Source: Pseudobacteriovorax sp.
GTDB taxonomy: Bacteria > Bdellovibrionota_B > Oligoflexia > Oligoflexales > Oligoflexaceae
Reading direction: 5' to 3'
Assembly (NCBI GenBank): GCA_050293845.1
Contig: JBNKNM010000004.1
Location: 18,578-82,577 of the forward strand
Length of the DNA stretch: 64,000 bases
The position numbers were made by a program, and so were the translations under genes. Positions 9,461 to 18,056 of this stretch are shown one piece after another (position 1 is the stretch's first letter; the number at the start of each line of letters is the position of its first letter). Below the pieces are notes generated by a model, which was not told where the DNA came from, did not search any database, and saw only the letters and a program-made list of their open reading frames with translations.

Positions 9461-10071
9461 ATGAAGGTGGTATAATCGTAAATGGAAAAAGCGTTTTTAG
9501 TGAAGGTGACCCTTCACCATCTGGGCATCCACCAACAAGAATTACCGCTAGATTTTTAAATAATCAGATGTTAGAGCTTGTAAACTTAGTACTCGGTGCC
9601 GGATATGCATTAAATCATCAGAGTAATACCCAGCTTTTGGAATCGGTGAGAAAAATCAGCCTTTATCGAGATTATGACGCAATCGTTGGAGATGGCTATC
9701 TTGCGTCTATTGATGAAGCATTAGATAAGGTAGGACCATCAAGTAAGATCCTTGTCACAAGTCATATATTTACTAGCTCAACGATTACCATTGACCAACC
9801 AGATATCTCTATATCATCTCTACCAGGAGTAAATATAACAGGTCGAAATCTGTCAGGCTCTTTGTTCGTCCTTGACGCAGCAAGAATTACTTTTAAGGAT
9901 TGTCGGCTGGGGATCGAGAATCCAGCTAGTTCCAACTATGTTTTCAATTTATCTGATCGGGCTGAATCAGCATTGATTTCCAACACTAGAATATTTAATT
10001 TTGCAAGCCAGCCATTTTTCACTTCGACTAGCAATAATCTTTTTCAATCAGGCACCGTAATCGAACGTTAA
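9442..10071 (+). CDS. Short tail fibre-like protein (Mu gp49-type N-terminus)
   Basis: FSEGDP...TRITARFLNNQMLELVNLVLGAG...QLLESV baseplate-anchor motif; beta-rich C-terminus. Confidence 0.7.
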   Translation: MDTVWLNEGGIIVNGKSVFSEGDPSPSGHPPTRITARFLNNQMLELVNLVLGAGYALNHQSNTQLLESVRKISLYRDYDAIVGDGYLASIDEALDKVGPSSKILVTSHIFTSSTITIDQPDISISSLPGVNITGRNLSGSLFVLDAARITFKDCRLGIENPASSNYVFNLSDRAESALISNTRIFNFASQPFFTSTSNNLFQSGTVIER

Positions 10072-10151
10072 TGCAAAGCTTCGTCTTCCCTAAAAGGCTT
10101 TATCTGTCTTACAAATAGCCGTCAGGATAATTTATTTAAGGGAAACAATAG

Positions 10152-11003
10152 ATGACAAAATTAAGGATGATTTTTTGGTTATGTATTGCGACATTATTTT
10201 CGAGTGTTGCTTGGGCACAATTTGTTGAACCTCCGTCTTTCGGGAATTATTACCAAATCGATATTATAGATGATTCCTCTGGTAGAAATTTTTGTATCTA
10301 TCGATCAGGTAAAGCGATGTATTGCATAGACGGCAATCCAGAGCGCCATGATCTTAAGGGTGACGTTAACGTCGGCCAGCTATTCAAAAATCAAAAATTG
10401 ATACTCGGTGAGAATGCTATCTATGATAATAGCGGTAGACAGGTCATAGATTTAAACACTGGTGAATGGGTCGGAGATCCAACTGGACTCCGTGGTCCTA
10501 AAGGTGACAAAGGTGATCCAGGAGCTACTGGTCCGAGGGGGCCACAAGGAGTAAAAGGTGACAAAGGGGATACTGGTGTAGCTGGACCAATTGGACCAAA
10601 AGGTGATAAAGGCGATACTGGTGCAACTGGTCCAAGAGGTCCTCAAGGTGACAAAGGAGACAAAGGGGATAAGGGTGATACAGGAGATCGCGGTTTGCAG
10701 GGCTTAAAAGGTGATACGGGACCAAGAGGACCTGAAGGACCTATCGGTCCTCAAGGGCCAGCAGGTAATTTTTCAGGATGCGTGCAAGAGCGAGTTACCC
10801 AGTCTTCTACACTAGCTGATTTCACTATTGGCGCTAATTGTCCGTCTCCAGATTATATTGCAACGGGAGGAAGTTGCCAAGCCTTTGGTAGAGCTGAATT
10901 GCTCGGAAATAGCCTTGGTCCGATTTCTAATGGGTGTTTTTTTAGAAACACCTTCGGAGGTGAATCAAGTGGCCAGTCACGAGTTACATGTTGTTTGCCA
11001 TGA
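10152..11003 (+). CDS. Collagen-like protein with predicted Sec signal peptide
   Basis: About 32 uninterrupted Gly-X-Y triplets (approx. 10485-10770); N-term MTKLRMIFWLCIATLFSSVAWA; Cys-rich C-terminus. Confidence 0.85.
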   Translation: MTKLRMIFWLCIATLFSSVAWAQFVEPPSFGNYYQIDIIDDSSGRNFCIYRSGKAMYCIDGNPERHDLKGDVNVGQLFKNQKLILGENAIYDNSGRQVIDLNTGEWVGDPTGLRGPKGDKGDPGATGPRGPQGVKGDKGDTGVAGPIGPKGDKGDTGATGPRGPQGDKGDKGDKGDTGDRGLQGLKGDTGPRGPEGPIGPQGPAGNFSGCVQERVTQSSTLADFTIGANCPSPDYIATGGSCQAFGRAELLGNSLGPISNGCFFRNTFGGESSGQSRVTCCLP

Positions 11004-11443
11004 ATCAATTAATTCTACAAATAGCAAAATATGAGCTTGGCACCTACGAAGTGCCAGGCCCCGAAAACAATCCTCGGATCTTACATTACTCTAAAAAAGC
11101 TGGTCTTGATTGGGTTAAAAGCGAAGAAACTTCATGGTGTGGTATTTTCCTTGGATATTGCACGAATGAGATCCCAGAATTTATGAGACCTGAATGGCCA
11201 AGATCCAAAGCAGCAACGGCAAGGCAGTGGTTAATCTACGGCGTTGATGTTCCGCTAGCTAAGGCAAAACCAGGGGATATAGTTGTCTTTTGGCGAGAGA
11301 GTCCTGATTCATGGAAAGGGCATTGCGCACTTTACCTTGATCAGGATGCGACAAAGATTTTATGCCTCGGTGGAAACCAGGACGACAGCGTTTGCGAGAA
11401 ATGGTTTAGCAAAGACCAACTTCTTGGAATCCGTAGATACTAA
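11000..11443 (+). CDS. TIGR02594-family (NlpC/P60-like) peptidoglycan hydrolase, candidate endolysin
   Basis: ELG..E.PG...NPRILHY...ETSWCG...GDIVVFWR...GH...LGGNQ motifs. Confidence 0.85.
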   Translation: MNQLILQIAKYELGTYEVPGPENNPRILHYSKKAGLDWVKSEETSWCGIFLGYCTNEIPEFMRPEWPRSKAATARQWLIYGVDVPLAKAKPGDIVVFWRESPDSWKGHCALYLDQDATKILCLGGNQDDSVCEKWFSKDQLLGIRRY

Positions 11444-11459
11444 TAAAAGGGGATAGGGG

Positions 11460-11675
11460 TTAAATGGCCTCTATTCCCATTAATGTCGTCGTAGTCCGCT
11501 TATTAACTTGATGGCACTCATAGCACAAACGATTACCCGCCGATTCAAAATATTCTTGGCATTTTAAACAGATTAGAATCTTTTTTTTAATGACAGGAAG
11601 TCCAGCATTGGCCCTAGCAGCGTTCTGATCATTAAATTGATGTAACACTTTAATTGGTAATTTTTTAACCTTCAT
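11460..11675 (-). CDS. Small zinc-finger protein
   Basis: CLKC...FES...NRLCYEC; start overlaps the upstream gene stop. Confidence 0.7.
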   Translation of the reverse strand: MKVKKLPIKVLHQFNDQNAARANAGLPVIKKKILICLKCQEYFESAGNRLCYECHQVNKRTTTTLMGIEAI

Positions 11676-12636
11676 CCAGATCCTCTCTTAATTTGATAGC
11701 GTTAAGAGAATTTTCAGCGATTAAAATTACCCGAAAAAGTATTATTAGGATAGCGGAAATAAGGTACATTTGGGAATCTGTTACACCTAAACTTTTCTTT
11801 GTTGAAAGGCTATCAAGCTTATCCTGTAATTTCGAAACTTGCTCCCCGAAAAGTTTCATATTATCCCAAGACCTACCATGAGTTGCCTTATCTAGAGAGG
11901 CTATAGCTTGGTCTAGTTGTTTCTTAATTTGAGTCCGACTATCCTCCCCATTCTGCTCAATTCTTTCATCTGAAGTCAGCTTTTGACGGCTTGTCTGGTA
12001 TTGGTGAAAGCCAAGGGATATGACTAGATATGAAAATAGTAGACAATAGGTCAAACCCTTTAAAAAATTCATCCATCTTGATCGATATTTAGTCAGCATG
12101 AGAGCGATCAGGGATCCCTCGCTTGCTAAAGCTAACCCCCAAGAAAATTGAGGTGAAACGTCATGTTCTTTAAAAAATTCAACTTGGAGCAAATAAAATA
12201 GACTGGTTAAGCCAATCATAAATATAAATCGCATTAAATTTGCAGGTCTGCCAAATAGTTTTTGAATTACGTCTTTCCATCCATGTTGAAAATTGAATTT
12301 TTTCTCTTCCCTAGAGTTAAGATTCAAACCTGATATTTCAAACTTGGTTTCAACTTCACAAGTTAAGGAATTAAAATTGAAGGTTTCAACATGTGGTTTC
12401 AACCAATCCTCTGTAATATCACGTGGTTTACGTACAGTATTTTTAAGACGTTTCAACATTTCAGCCTGTTCAGTTTGCATAGTTTCAACTGTCAGATTTG
12501 AATTTTCAGGTTTAACTAGCGACAACTTTGCCCCATTTTTACGACGTTTTCTTTCCATAGCTTTTTGTTTCAACTTTTCTTTGTTCTTTTGGTAATATTG
12601 ACGGTTGTATTCTGCTCGTGTCATCTCACACCTCAC
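11665..12636 (-). CDS. Hypothetical membrane protein with basic N-terminus
   Basis: N-term EYNRQYYQKNKEKLKQK; about 4 hydrophobic segments and a coiled coil; coupled to both neighbours. Confidence 0.7.
   Translation of the reverse strand: MRCEMTRAEYNRQYYQKNKEKLKQKAMERKRRKNGAKLSLVKPENSNLTVETMQTEQAEMLKRLKNTVRKPRDITEDWLKPHVETFNFNSLTCEVETKFEISGLNLNSREEKKFNFQHGWKDVIQKLFGRPANLMRFIFMIGLTSLFYLLQVEFFKEHDVSPQFSWGLALASEGSLIALMLTKYRSRWMNFLKGLTYCLLFSYLVISLGFHQYQTSRQKLTSDERIEQNGEDSRTQIKKQLDQAIASLDKATHGRSWDNMKLFGEQVSKLQDKLDSLSTKKSLGVTDSQMYLISAILIILFRVILIAENSLNAIKLREDLDEG
12347..12574. repeat. Six exact same-orientation GTTTCAAC octamers
   Basis: Copies start at 12347, 12383, 12396, 12450, 12482 and 12567. 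Confidence 0.85.
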
Positions 12637-13807
12637 AATATTTTATGTAAAGGGGCAGCAGAGAACCAAAGGGAGCTGTGGGTAACATGCTTTGGATCTG
12701 TTTAGCGCGTTCAGCTTTACTTTGATCTTGGGAAGACGAGATATTATCGAGCAGAATTTTAAGCTCACCGATGTTTTGCGGTCTTTTAGGCTTAGGTTCT
12801 ATTTGAAGCCGCTTTCTTGCTTCACTTAGCTTATCTCCAAACATGGATTCAATAAGCTCAGAGGATGGATTTAGAAAATCTTGCGACTTTTTTGCTAGTA
12901 ATTGAGGTAGTTCAGAGACAATTTCATTAAGCTGGATTGCGCTAAAAGCACTATCTATAGCGCGATTTCCGGCCCTTAGGAGCTGTTTTTTTGTCTTCAC
13001 ACTCAGATCATAGCCCGAAAAAAGCCAATTTATACTCTTTGCCCTTTCAAGCAAATAAGGGTCATTTTCAATTTCTCGAATTTTTTCAAGCATAAGAAGT
13101 TCATTGCTACGAGTGCGGCGATAATCTGTTAAAAAACGCCTTCTTTCAAAGGGTGAAACAGCTTTTTTTACTACTTCTTCCCAAGCAATGATTATGTTGT
13201 CAATCTCGGATTTACAAGATTCCTCAGAACTTTCGTAAGAAAATGGGGAAATATTGGGGCTTTCTTTTGGGGCTTTAGCTGGGGAATTAGAGGGTATTTC
13301 GGAGGTGGGAGCTTCGTTTATGACTACCTCTCCCACAGTGTCCAAAGAGGTAGGAGGGGGTAACGGTGTGGACGTAAAAAAAGCGCTGCATGAATCGCCT
13401 ACGGCCCTTTTCCTAATTGCTGAGATGTGCTCTTGGGAATTTAGGACATCTTCATAGGAAGTGAAGCACTCTATGGTTAAAGTGTAGTCATTGGTTAGTT
13501 GTTCGTAGTGACCGTTTTGGTTTATCAAGATCCTTTGTTTTTTAGTAAGTAGTTCTTTCCGTATTAGTGATTTAATTTTTTTCTGAACGGTCTTGTTAGA
13601 CATCCTAGTATTTTTGGCTATCGTCTCGATTGACGGCCAAGCGACCTGATCGACAAAGCCTTTGTCAAAAGGCATGAGCGATCCGAGATAGAGTAGAATG
13701 GCCTGCTCGTAGATATCTAAATCTGGCAATGCATGGATTGCCTTTAGATATCTGCCGCCTTGAAACACTCTGTGATTTACTGGAAATAGTTGATGTACGT
13801 TTGACAT
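12626..13807 (-). CDS. Helix-turn-helix protein, replication-initiator-like (HTH_36 type)
   Basis: AWPSIETIAKNTRMSNKTVQKKIKSLIRKELL...TNDYTL followed by a Pro/Ser-rich linker. Confidence 0.7.
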   Translation of the reverse strand: MSNVHQLFPVNHRVFQGGRYLKAIHALPDLDIYEQAILLYLGSLMPFDKGFVDQVAWPSIETIAKNTRMSNKTVQKKIKSLIRKELLTKKQRILINQNGHYEQLTNDYTLTIECFTSYEDVLNSQEHISAIRKRAVGDSCSAFFTSTPLPPPTSLDTVGEVVINEAPTSEIPSNSPAKAPKESPNISPFSYESSEESCKSEIDNIIIAWEEVVKKAVSPFERRRFLTDYRRTRSNELLMLEKIREIENDPYLLERAKSINWLFSGYDLSVKTKKQLLRAGNRAIDSAFSAIQLNEIVSELPQLLAKKSQDFLNPSSELIESMFGDKLSEARKRLQIEPKPKRPQNIGELKILLDNISSSQDQSKAERAKQIQSMLPTAPFGSLLPLYIKYCEV

Positions 13808-14425
13808 GGATTCCCTCATTCCGTGAGGGAGCTACTAGCTTAGATTGAAAAGTAGGCAATAAAGGTTTATGCTCCGTTCATAGGAACGGCGGGTCTACTT
13901 TAATCGGTATGCTAGGCTCCGTTGTTCTGGAAGCGGGAGGCTCTAACTCTCGCTTCCTGCAAAAGCCAATTTTGAAAACCTTAATTCCTCAAACTACAAA
14001 CTTCCAACAAATTTTTTCTAAATAGCTCAGGTATTTAGTAGATAATAGAGAGTTTTTTGCTACAAAACATTACACTTCACAGAATGCCAAAATGAGGGTA
14101 GTTCGTTTATCCCAATGCCAAATGAACTATAAATTTTATGCATAAAAATAGGATATTTTTCAGACTTGGACTGATCTGATTTGACATATAAGAATTCTAC
14201 AAATCACATTTAATGTAGGGGACAAAAGAAGTTCTTCACTAAGCCATTATAGCTTATATATTGAGGCCGTTTTCTAAAACTCAGGACTTCTACTCCTGTG
14301 GTCGTACTAAATTTCCTTTGACTATTAGGGATATAGTGGGAGGTTTAGGGTGACCATGGGAAATTAAACTAATTTTCTTATTATAACAATATGATATCAA
14401 AGGTAAAAAGTCGATTTGACGTGGC

Positions 14426-14472
14426 GATTCATAATCCTGAGGTCACGAGTTCAATTCTCGTCCTCGCTACCA
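14426..14472 (+). other. 3' fragment of tRNA-Met(CAT); phage attachment-site core (attP-like, or internal att of a tandem array)
   Basis: GATTCATAATCCTGAGGTC-ACGAG TTCAATT CTCGT-CCTCGCT-ACCA gives anticodon loop, T-arm, 3' acceptor strand and CCA. No 5' half upstream. About 100 bp from the integrase stop. Confidence 0.85.
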
Positions 14473-14484
14473 GAAATCCCTTAA

Positions 14485-14497
14485 AATCAAGCATTTA
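14485..14497 (+). promoter_or_regulatory. IHF-binding consensus next to att core
   Basis: AATCAAGCATTTA matches WATCAANNNNTTR exactly. Confidence 0.6.
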
Positions 14498-14569
14498 ACT
14501 CAATATGACAAAATTAGCGGTTGCAATATTGCTGACCGTCGGTTGCAACCGTATTGAAACCGAAAGCTC

Positions 14570-15709
14570 CTAGTAACCTTCAAAGCTATTTTTAACAAGG
14601 TCAGCCATCCTCTCAATCCCATCATGTGTCATCACAAACCCAGTATAATGCTTTCTACAAACCTGTTCTGAGTTCCCGAGGTTCTGAGCAACCTGACTCA
14701 AGGTTGCACCATTATTTAACAAATTAATCGCATAGCAGTGCCGCCAATCTTTGAAGGAAATTTCTTGCGAAACATCAGCAGCTTTACAACCAAGTTTAAC
14801 CTCTCTCCAAAACTTTCTTTGCCGCAATTTCAGTCGTTCTTGCTCATCTATAGTGACCCACATCAACAAGTCTTTTTTGCACTCGATAAACCCAAAAGTT
14901 CGCCTAACTTTGCGTCTTTTTGGAAGACCATATGATCCATCTCTATACATTTGTGACGCGATATTTAGGCTAATTCCATCCTTCATAAATGTAAGATTCT
15001 TCCTTTTTAATGCAAAAATTTCTCCTATTCGAAGACCTGTGTAATATGCAATGCTTGATAAAGCACGACAAATTGGATCCAAATATTCCAAAACCTGCAA
15101 AAACTCATCATGCCCCAGGTTCTTAACTTCATAGTGTTCTTCCGGCATTGACTCTAATACGTCAGTCAGTGGTCGGCCACAGAATCTCATTAAAGCATTT
15201 AGTCTCATAACCGCTTTAGTATGAGGGATCACATTAGGTTTATCTTCGAAATAACTATCTGTTCGTTCTTGAATTTTTTCGATAGGCGCGTAACGAAGAT
15301 CTAAATCTCCTATCGAAAGTATTGCTCTAGTGAGATCGTTATAGGCAGATTGGATTGTGCTTTTTGCAAGTCTTCGCTGTCGTGACTTCTTTAGATATTT
15401 AAACGCATAATACTCGTCAAGTAGTACTTTATTTGCTTGCAAGTAAGAATCAGCATGGCTGTCTCTAGCTTTATAAATGCTGTCTACTATATTTTTAAAC
15501 TCTTTTTCACACTCTGAATAAGAAATCTCGCAGGAAAGAAACTTTTCATTTAATGATCTAATTTCTTCAGTATTAAGTGTCTGCCACTTCGATCCTGGCT
15601 CAAGTATACATATTCTAAAGCTACGACGACCATAACTGGGCCTTTTAAAAACTATTCGCATCTTACTATTCACCATTCCCTCCTTTTTCGCATCTTCTCT
15701 TCCAACCAT
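14570..15709 (-). CDS. int: Tyrosine recombinase / phage integrase
   Basis: YTGLRIGEIFAL, FKDWRHCYA, VAQNLGNS...KHY; adjacent to the tRNA fragment. Confidence 0.9.
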   Translation of the reverse strand: MVGREDAKKEGMVNSKMRIVFKRPSYGRRSFRICILEPGSKWQTLNTEEIRSLNEKFLSCEISYSECEKEFKNIVDSIYKARDSHADSYLQANKVLLDEYYAFKYLKKSRQRRLAKSTIQSAYNDLTRAILSIGDLDLRYAPIEKIQERTDSYFEDKPNVIPHTKAVMRLNALMRFCGRPLTDVLESMPEEHYEVKNLGHDEFLQVLEYLDPICRALSSIAYYTGLRIGEIFALKRKNLTFMKDGISLNIASQMYRDGSYGLPKRRKVRRTFGFIECKKDLLMWVTIDEQERLKLRQRKFWREVKLGCKAADVSQEISFKDWRHCYAINLLNNGATLSQVAQNLGNSEQVCRKHYTGFVMTHDGIERMADLVKNSFEGY

Positions 15710-15885
15710 GCTCTAAGCGTAGTTCGTAAGGCATAATTCTTTCGTCCAATACGAATGCACGGTAATTTTCCAGAAGACATCCAATTGCTTACTGTTCGAG
15801 GTGAAACTTCTAGTTCGACCGCAATCTCTTCCTTTGATACCAGATTGTCAAAGAGCTTTTCCCGCCTATTATCAGCAGATTTCAT
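15670..15885 (-). CDS. Excisionase-like HTH protein
   Basis: LVSKEEIAVELEVSPRTVSNWMSSGKLPCIRIG; directly upstream of int. Confidence 0.82.
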   Translation of the reverse strand: MKSADNRREKLFDNLVSKEEIAVELEVSPRTVSNWMSSGKLPCIRIGRKNYALRTTLRAWLEEKMRKRREW

Positions 15886-16023
15886 AAAAATAACCTCAAT
15901 ATAGGATTTTTAGCAAAGAGATATTTTGCGAGAAAAGAAGAAATTAAATTGTGCAGAAAGGTGAACCGACCATCCTGGTCGATTCATGAAGTATAGAATT
16001 AGTAGTCGTCTAAATGCAAGTGT

Positions 16024-16401
16024 CTATTTCTGGGCTTTGATTGTATATAGCGTTGAGTCACCCAAATATCCTTCAGCCTGTTTACCAGTGTTAAAGATAT
16101 CAATGGAATAAACTTCCTTGCTCTCACCAAGTTTAGGATTAACGTATTTTATCTGATTCCCTCTTAAACGGGCCTCTTTAAATATCTCGAAATCTACGGG
16201 CTTCATGGTCAAGTCTAGGCTATCAATATCCTTCCGGGTAATAGCAATTGGTAGCTTAATGTGCGTTGCTTCTAGATCACTAATTTCTAATCTAGTGATT
16301 TCTTGTATTTTACTATAACTTCCTCCACCTGAAACATCAGCCGGCAATTGATTTGAAGTTATTAATAATAGTATTATTAGAGCGGTGTGTTTAATCTTCA
16401 T
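16024..16401 (-). CDS. Secreted hypothetical protein
   Basis: Signal peptide followed by DVSGGG. Confidence 0.65.
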   Translation of the reverse strand: MKIKHTALIILLLITSNQLPADVSGGGSYSKIQEITRLEISDLEATHIKLPIAITRKDIDSLDLTMKPVDFEIFKEARLRGNQIKYVNPKLGESKEVYSIDIFNTGKQAEGYLGDSTLYTIKAQK

Positions 16402-17134
16402 TTCGACTTCCTGATATATTGTATATTTCTGATACCTTCCAGGAGACTATTGTATGATTTGTCCCTGGATTTAGATTTGCTATTTTTTGTTCCTCCTCAA
16501 TTACTCTTCTAATTCTGCCTAGTGATTGCTCTGTAAATTGTCCCGTCGTTGCTGCACTAAAGTAACCACCTCCCTTCGATTTTAATACTCCATCTTGTTC
16601 TCCATCCAATTGAAATTGATTTATTCGATCATATGTCGCCTTATCTCTGTATGAGATCTTACACTTTGAAGACAACTTCCCCTCGCGATTGATTTCAACT
16701 ATGTCTTCTTCCAGCAATCGATTAACCAGACCCTTACTAATTGAGTTGATTGTACAAATTTCTTCATATGTCTTTGAGGAACCAAAAATCTCTAGTGCTG
16801 TAAGGAAGGTTAGCCTGTCATGAGTGAACCATGCCTGCTCATCTGTTAATAAAATTGTCTGATTATAGTAGTTTTTAATGACTCCACTAGGGATTCTGTA
16901 ATTCCACTCTACGGGAATCACTGCTTCAATTTCCTCTCGCGTTAATACCTTAAGCATTTCAGTCACGAACTGGGTGATTGTAGAAGGCTGTGGCTTGCTC
17001 GTTGGATTTTTCTCCAAGTAATATAGTGTACCTCGGTTCAATCCCATATCATCAATGATTTCACCTAGCCTTCGTTTGTCTTTGCTAACCACGTATCGAA
17101 ATTTTTTATAGAATTGTCTACTCTCAGTCATCAT
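16391..17134 (-). CDS. XRE-type HTH regulator with a second winged-helix-like region; candidate repressor
   Basis: LGEIIDDMGLNRGTLYYLEKNPTSKPQPSTI; divergent from the rightward operon across an AT-rich spacer. Confidence 0.6.
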   Translation of the reverse strand: MMTESRQFYKKFRYVVSKDKRRLGEIIDDMGLNRGTLYYLEKNPTSKPQPSTITQFVTEMLKVLTREEIEAVIPVEWNYRIPSGVIKNYYNQTILLTDEQAWFTHDRLTFLTALEIFGSSKTYEEICTINSISKGLVNRLLEEDIVEINREGKLSSKCKISYRDKATYDRINQFQLDGEQDGVLKSKGGGYFSAATTGQFTEQSLGRIRRVIEEEQKIANLNPGTNHTIVSWKVSEIYNISGSRNED

Positions 17135-17583
17135 TTATCCAATTTTAGAAACTCTTTTTTCACTCCGTGGATATTTCTATTGCAGCAATTTATAGAGTCT
17201 GCAATTAGAAACATATTGCAAGAAAGTTACTCAACTAAACATAGCTCCAAATTCTTGGAGTATTAGAGTCAATTGAACAAAATTTTTAGACAAAAAACGA
17301 TAGATTCAACATTATTTAGCCATCTTTTAAACACGATGTTGAAAATTTCTGTTGAAAAAATATTTTCGAAAATTTCTATGTCAATAAAAGTTCAAAAGCT
17401 CTCTATTTTTTGAACATTAGATGTGATTTGTCGAAAAAATAGACCATTTTTCAACTAAGGTACTGTTAGCTAAATTGTTGAAAAATATTACTGATTTCAA
17501 AGAACAAAAAGTCCTGATACAACCTTTTTTGTCGATAGAGGAATCCACCTCTATCCTAAAAAACAACTATTTCTGGAATACAA

Positions 17584-18009
17584 ATGAACAGACTAGCACT
17601 CGAATGTGCAGCTTACAGGCTACCCATGCTTGTAGGAGATGGATTCGTGTTTGAAAATTTTGAGCAGTACACTCGTGATAGGCAGGAGTTTCTAAACAAT
17701 CCTGAACACCTCATACAGTTTCTGAGAGCTACAACTTATCTAGAGAAATACTCAAGTTGCTCAATCACAGACTGGCACCGGGAGAACGATGCTTATGTCT
17801 CTAGACTAATACCCGCTTTAACATGGGAATATCAGATTGAGTTTAATCTAGGCCCAATCGTAGCCGCCCTTAGCTATCTAAATATTGAAATGGAATTACC
17901 AGAACCTAACTCTATTGAGCCGCTTGTAGGGCTAGATCCAATCATATTTGAACTGGAAAGAGATATCGTAGGTCGAACTTTGAAACGACTTAATCAACCC
18001 AATATCTGA
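17584..18009 (+). CDS. Hypothetical protein
   Basis: 141-aa ORF, first rightward gene. Confidence 0.6.
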   Translation: MNRLALECAAYRLPMLVGDGFVFENFEQYTRDRQEFLNNPEHLIQFLRATTYLEKYSSCSITDWHRENDAYVSRLIPALTWEYQIEFNLGPIVAALSYLNIEMELPEPNSIEPLVGLDPIIFELERDIVGRTLKRLNQPNI

Positions 18010-18056
18010 GAAACATCTCAGTTTTTATCTATCACTTTTTTTAGGAGTATTTCGTT

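Noticed and set aside
1..11443. Tail module as a tailocin or eCIS
   Set aside because: Terminase, portal, integrase and replication genes in the same window favour a phage, although linkage is not proven.
12347..12574. GTTTCAAC repeats as a CRISPR array
   Set aside because: Only 8 bp are shared, spacing is irregular (13-85 bp), they lie inside an ORF, and no cas genes are present.
14390..14472. Intact tRNA-Met gene
   Set aside because: No 5' acceptor strand or D-arm upstream, and only 2 bp of the anticodon stem can form.
14520..14560. GTTGCAA...ATTGAAAC as a solitary CRISPR repeat (RNA anti-CRISPR)
   Set aside because: At 41 bp it is longer than typical repeats, and its position between att core and integrase is better explained by arm-type binding sites.
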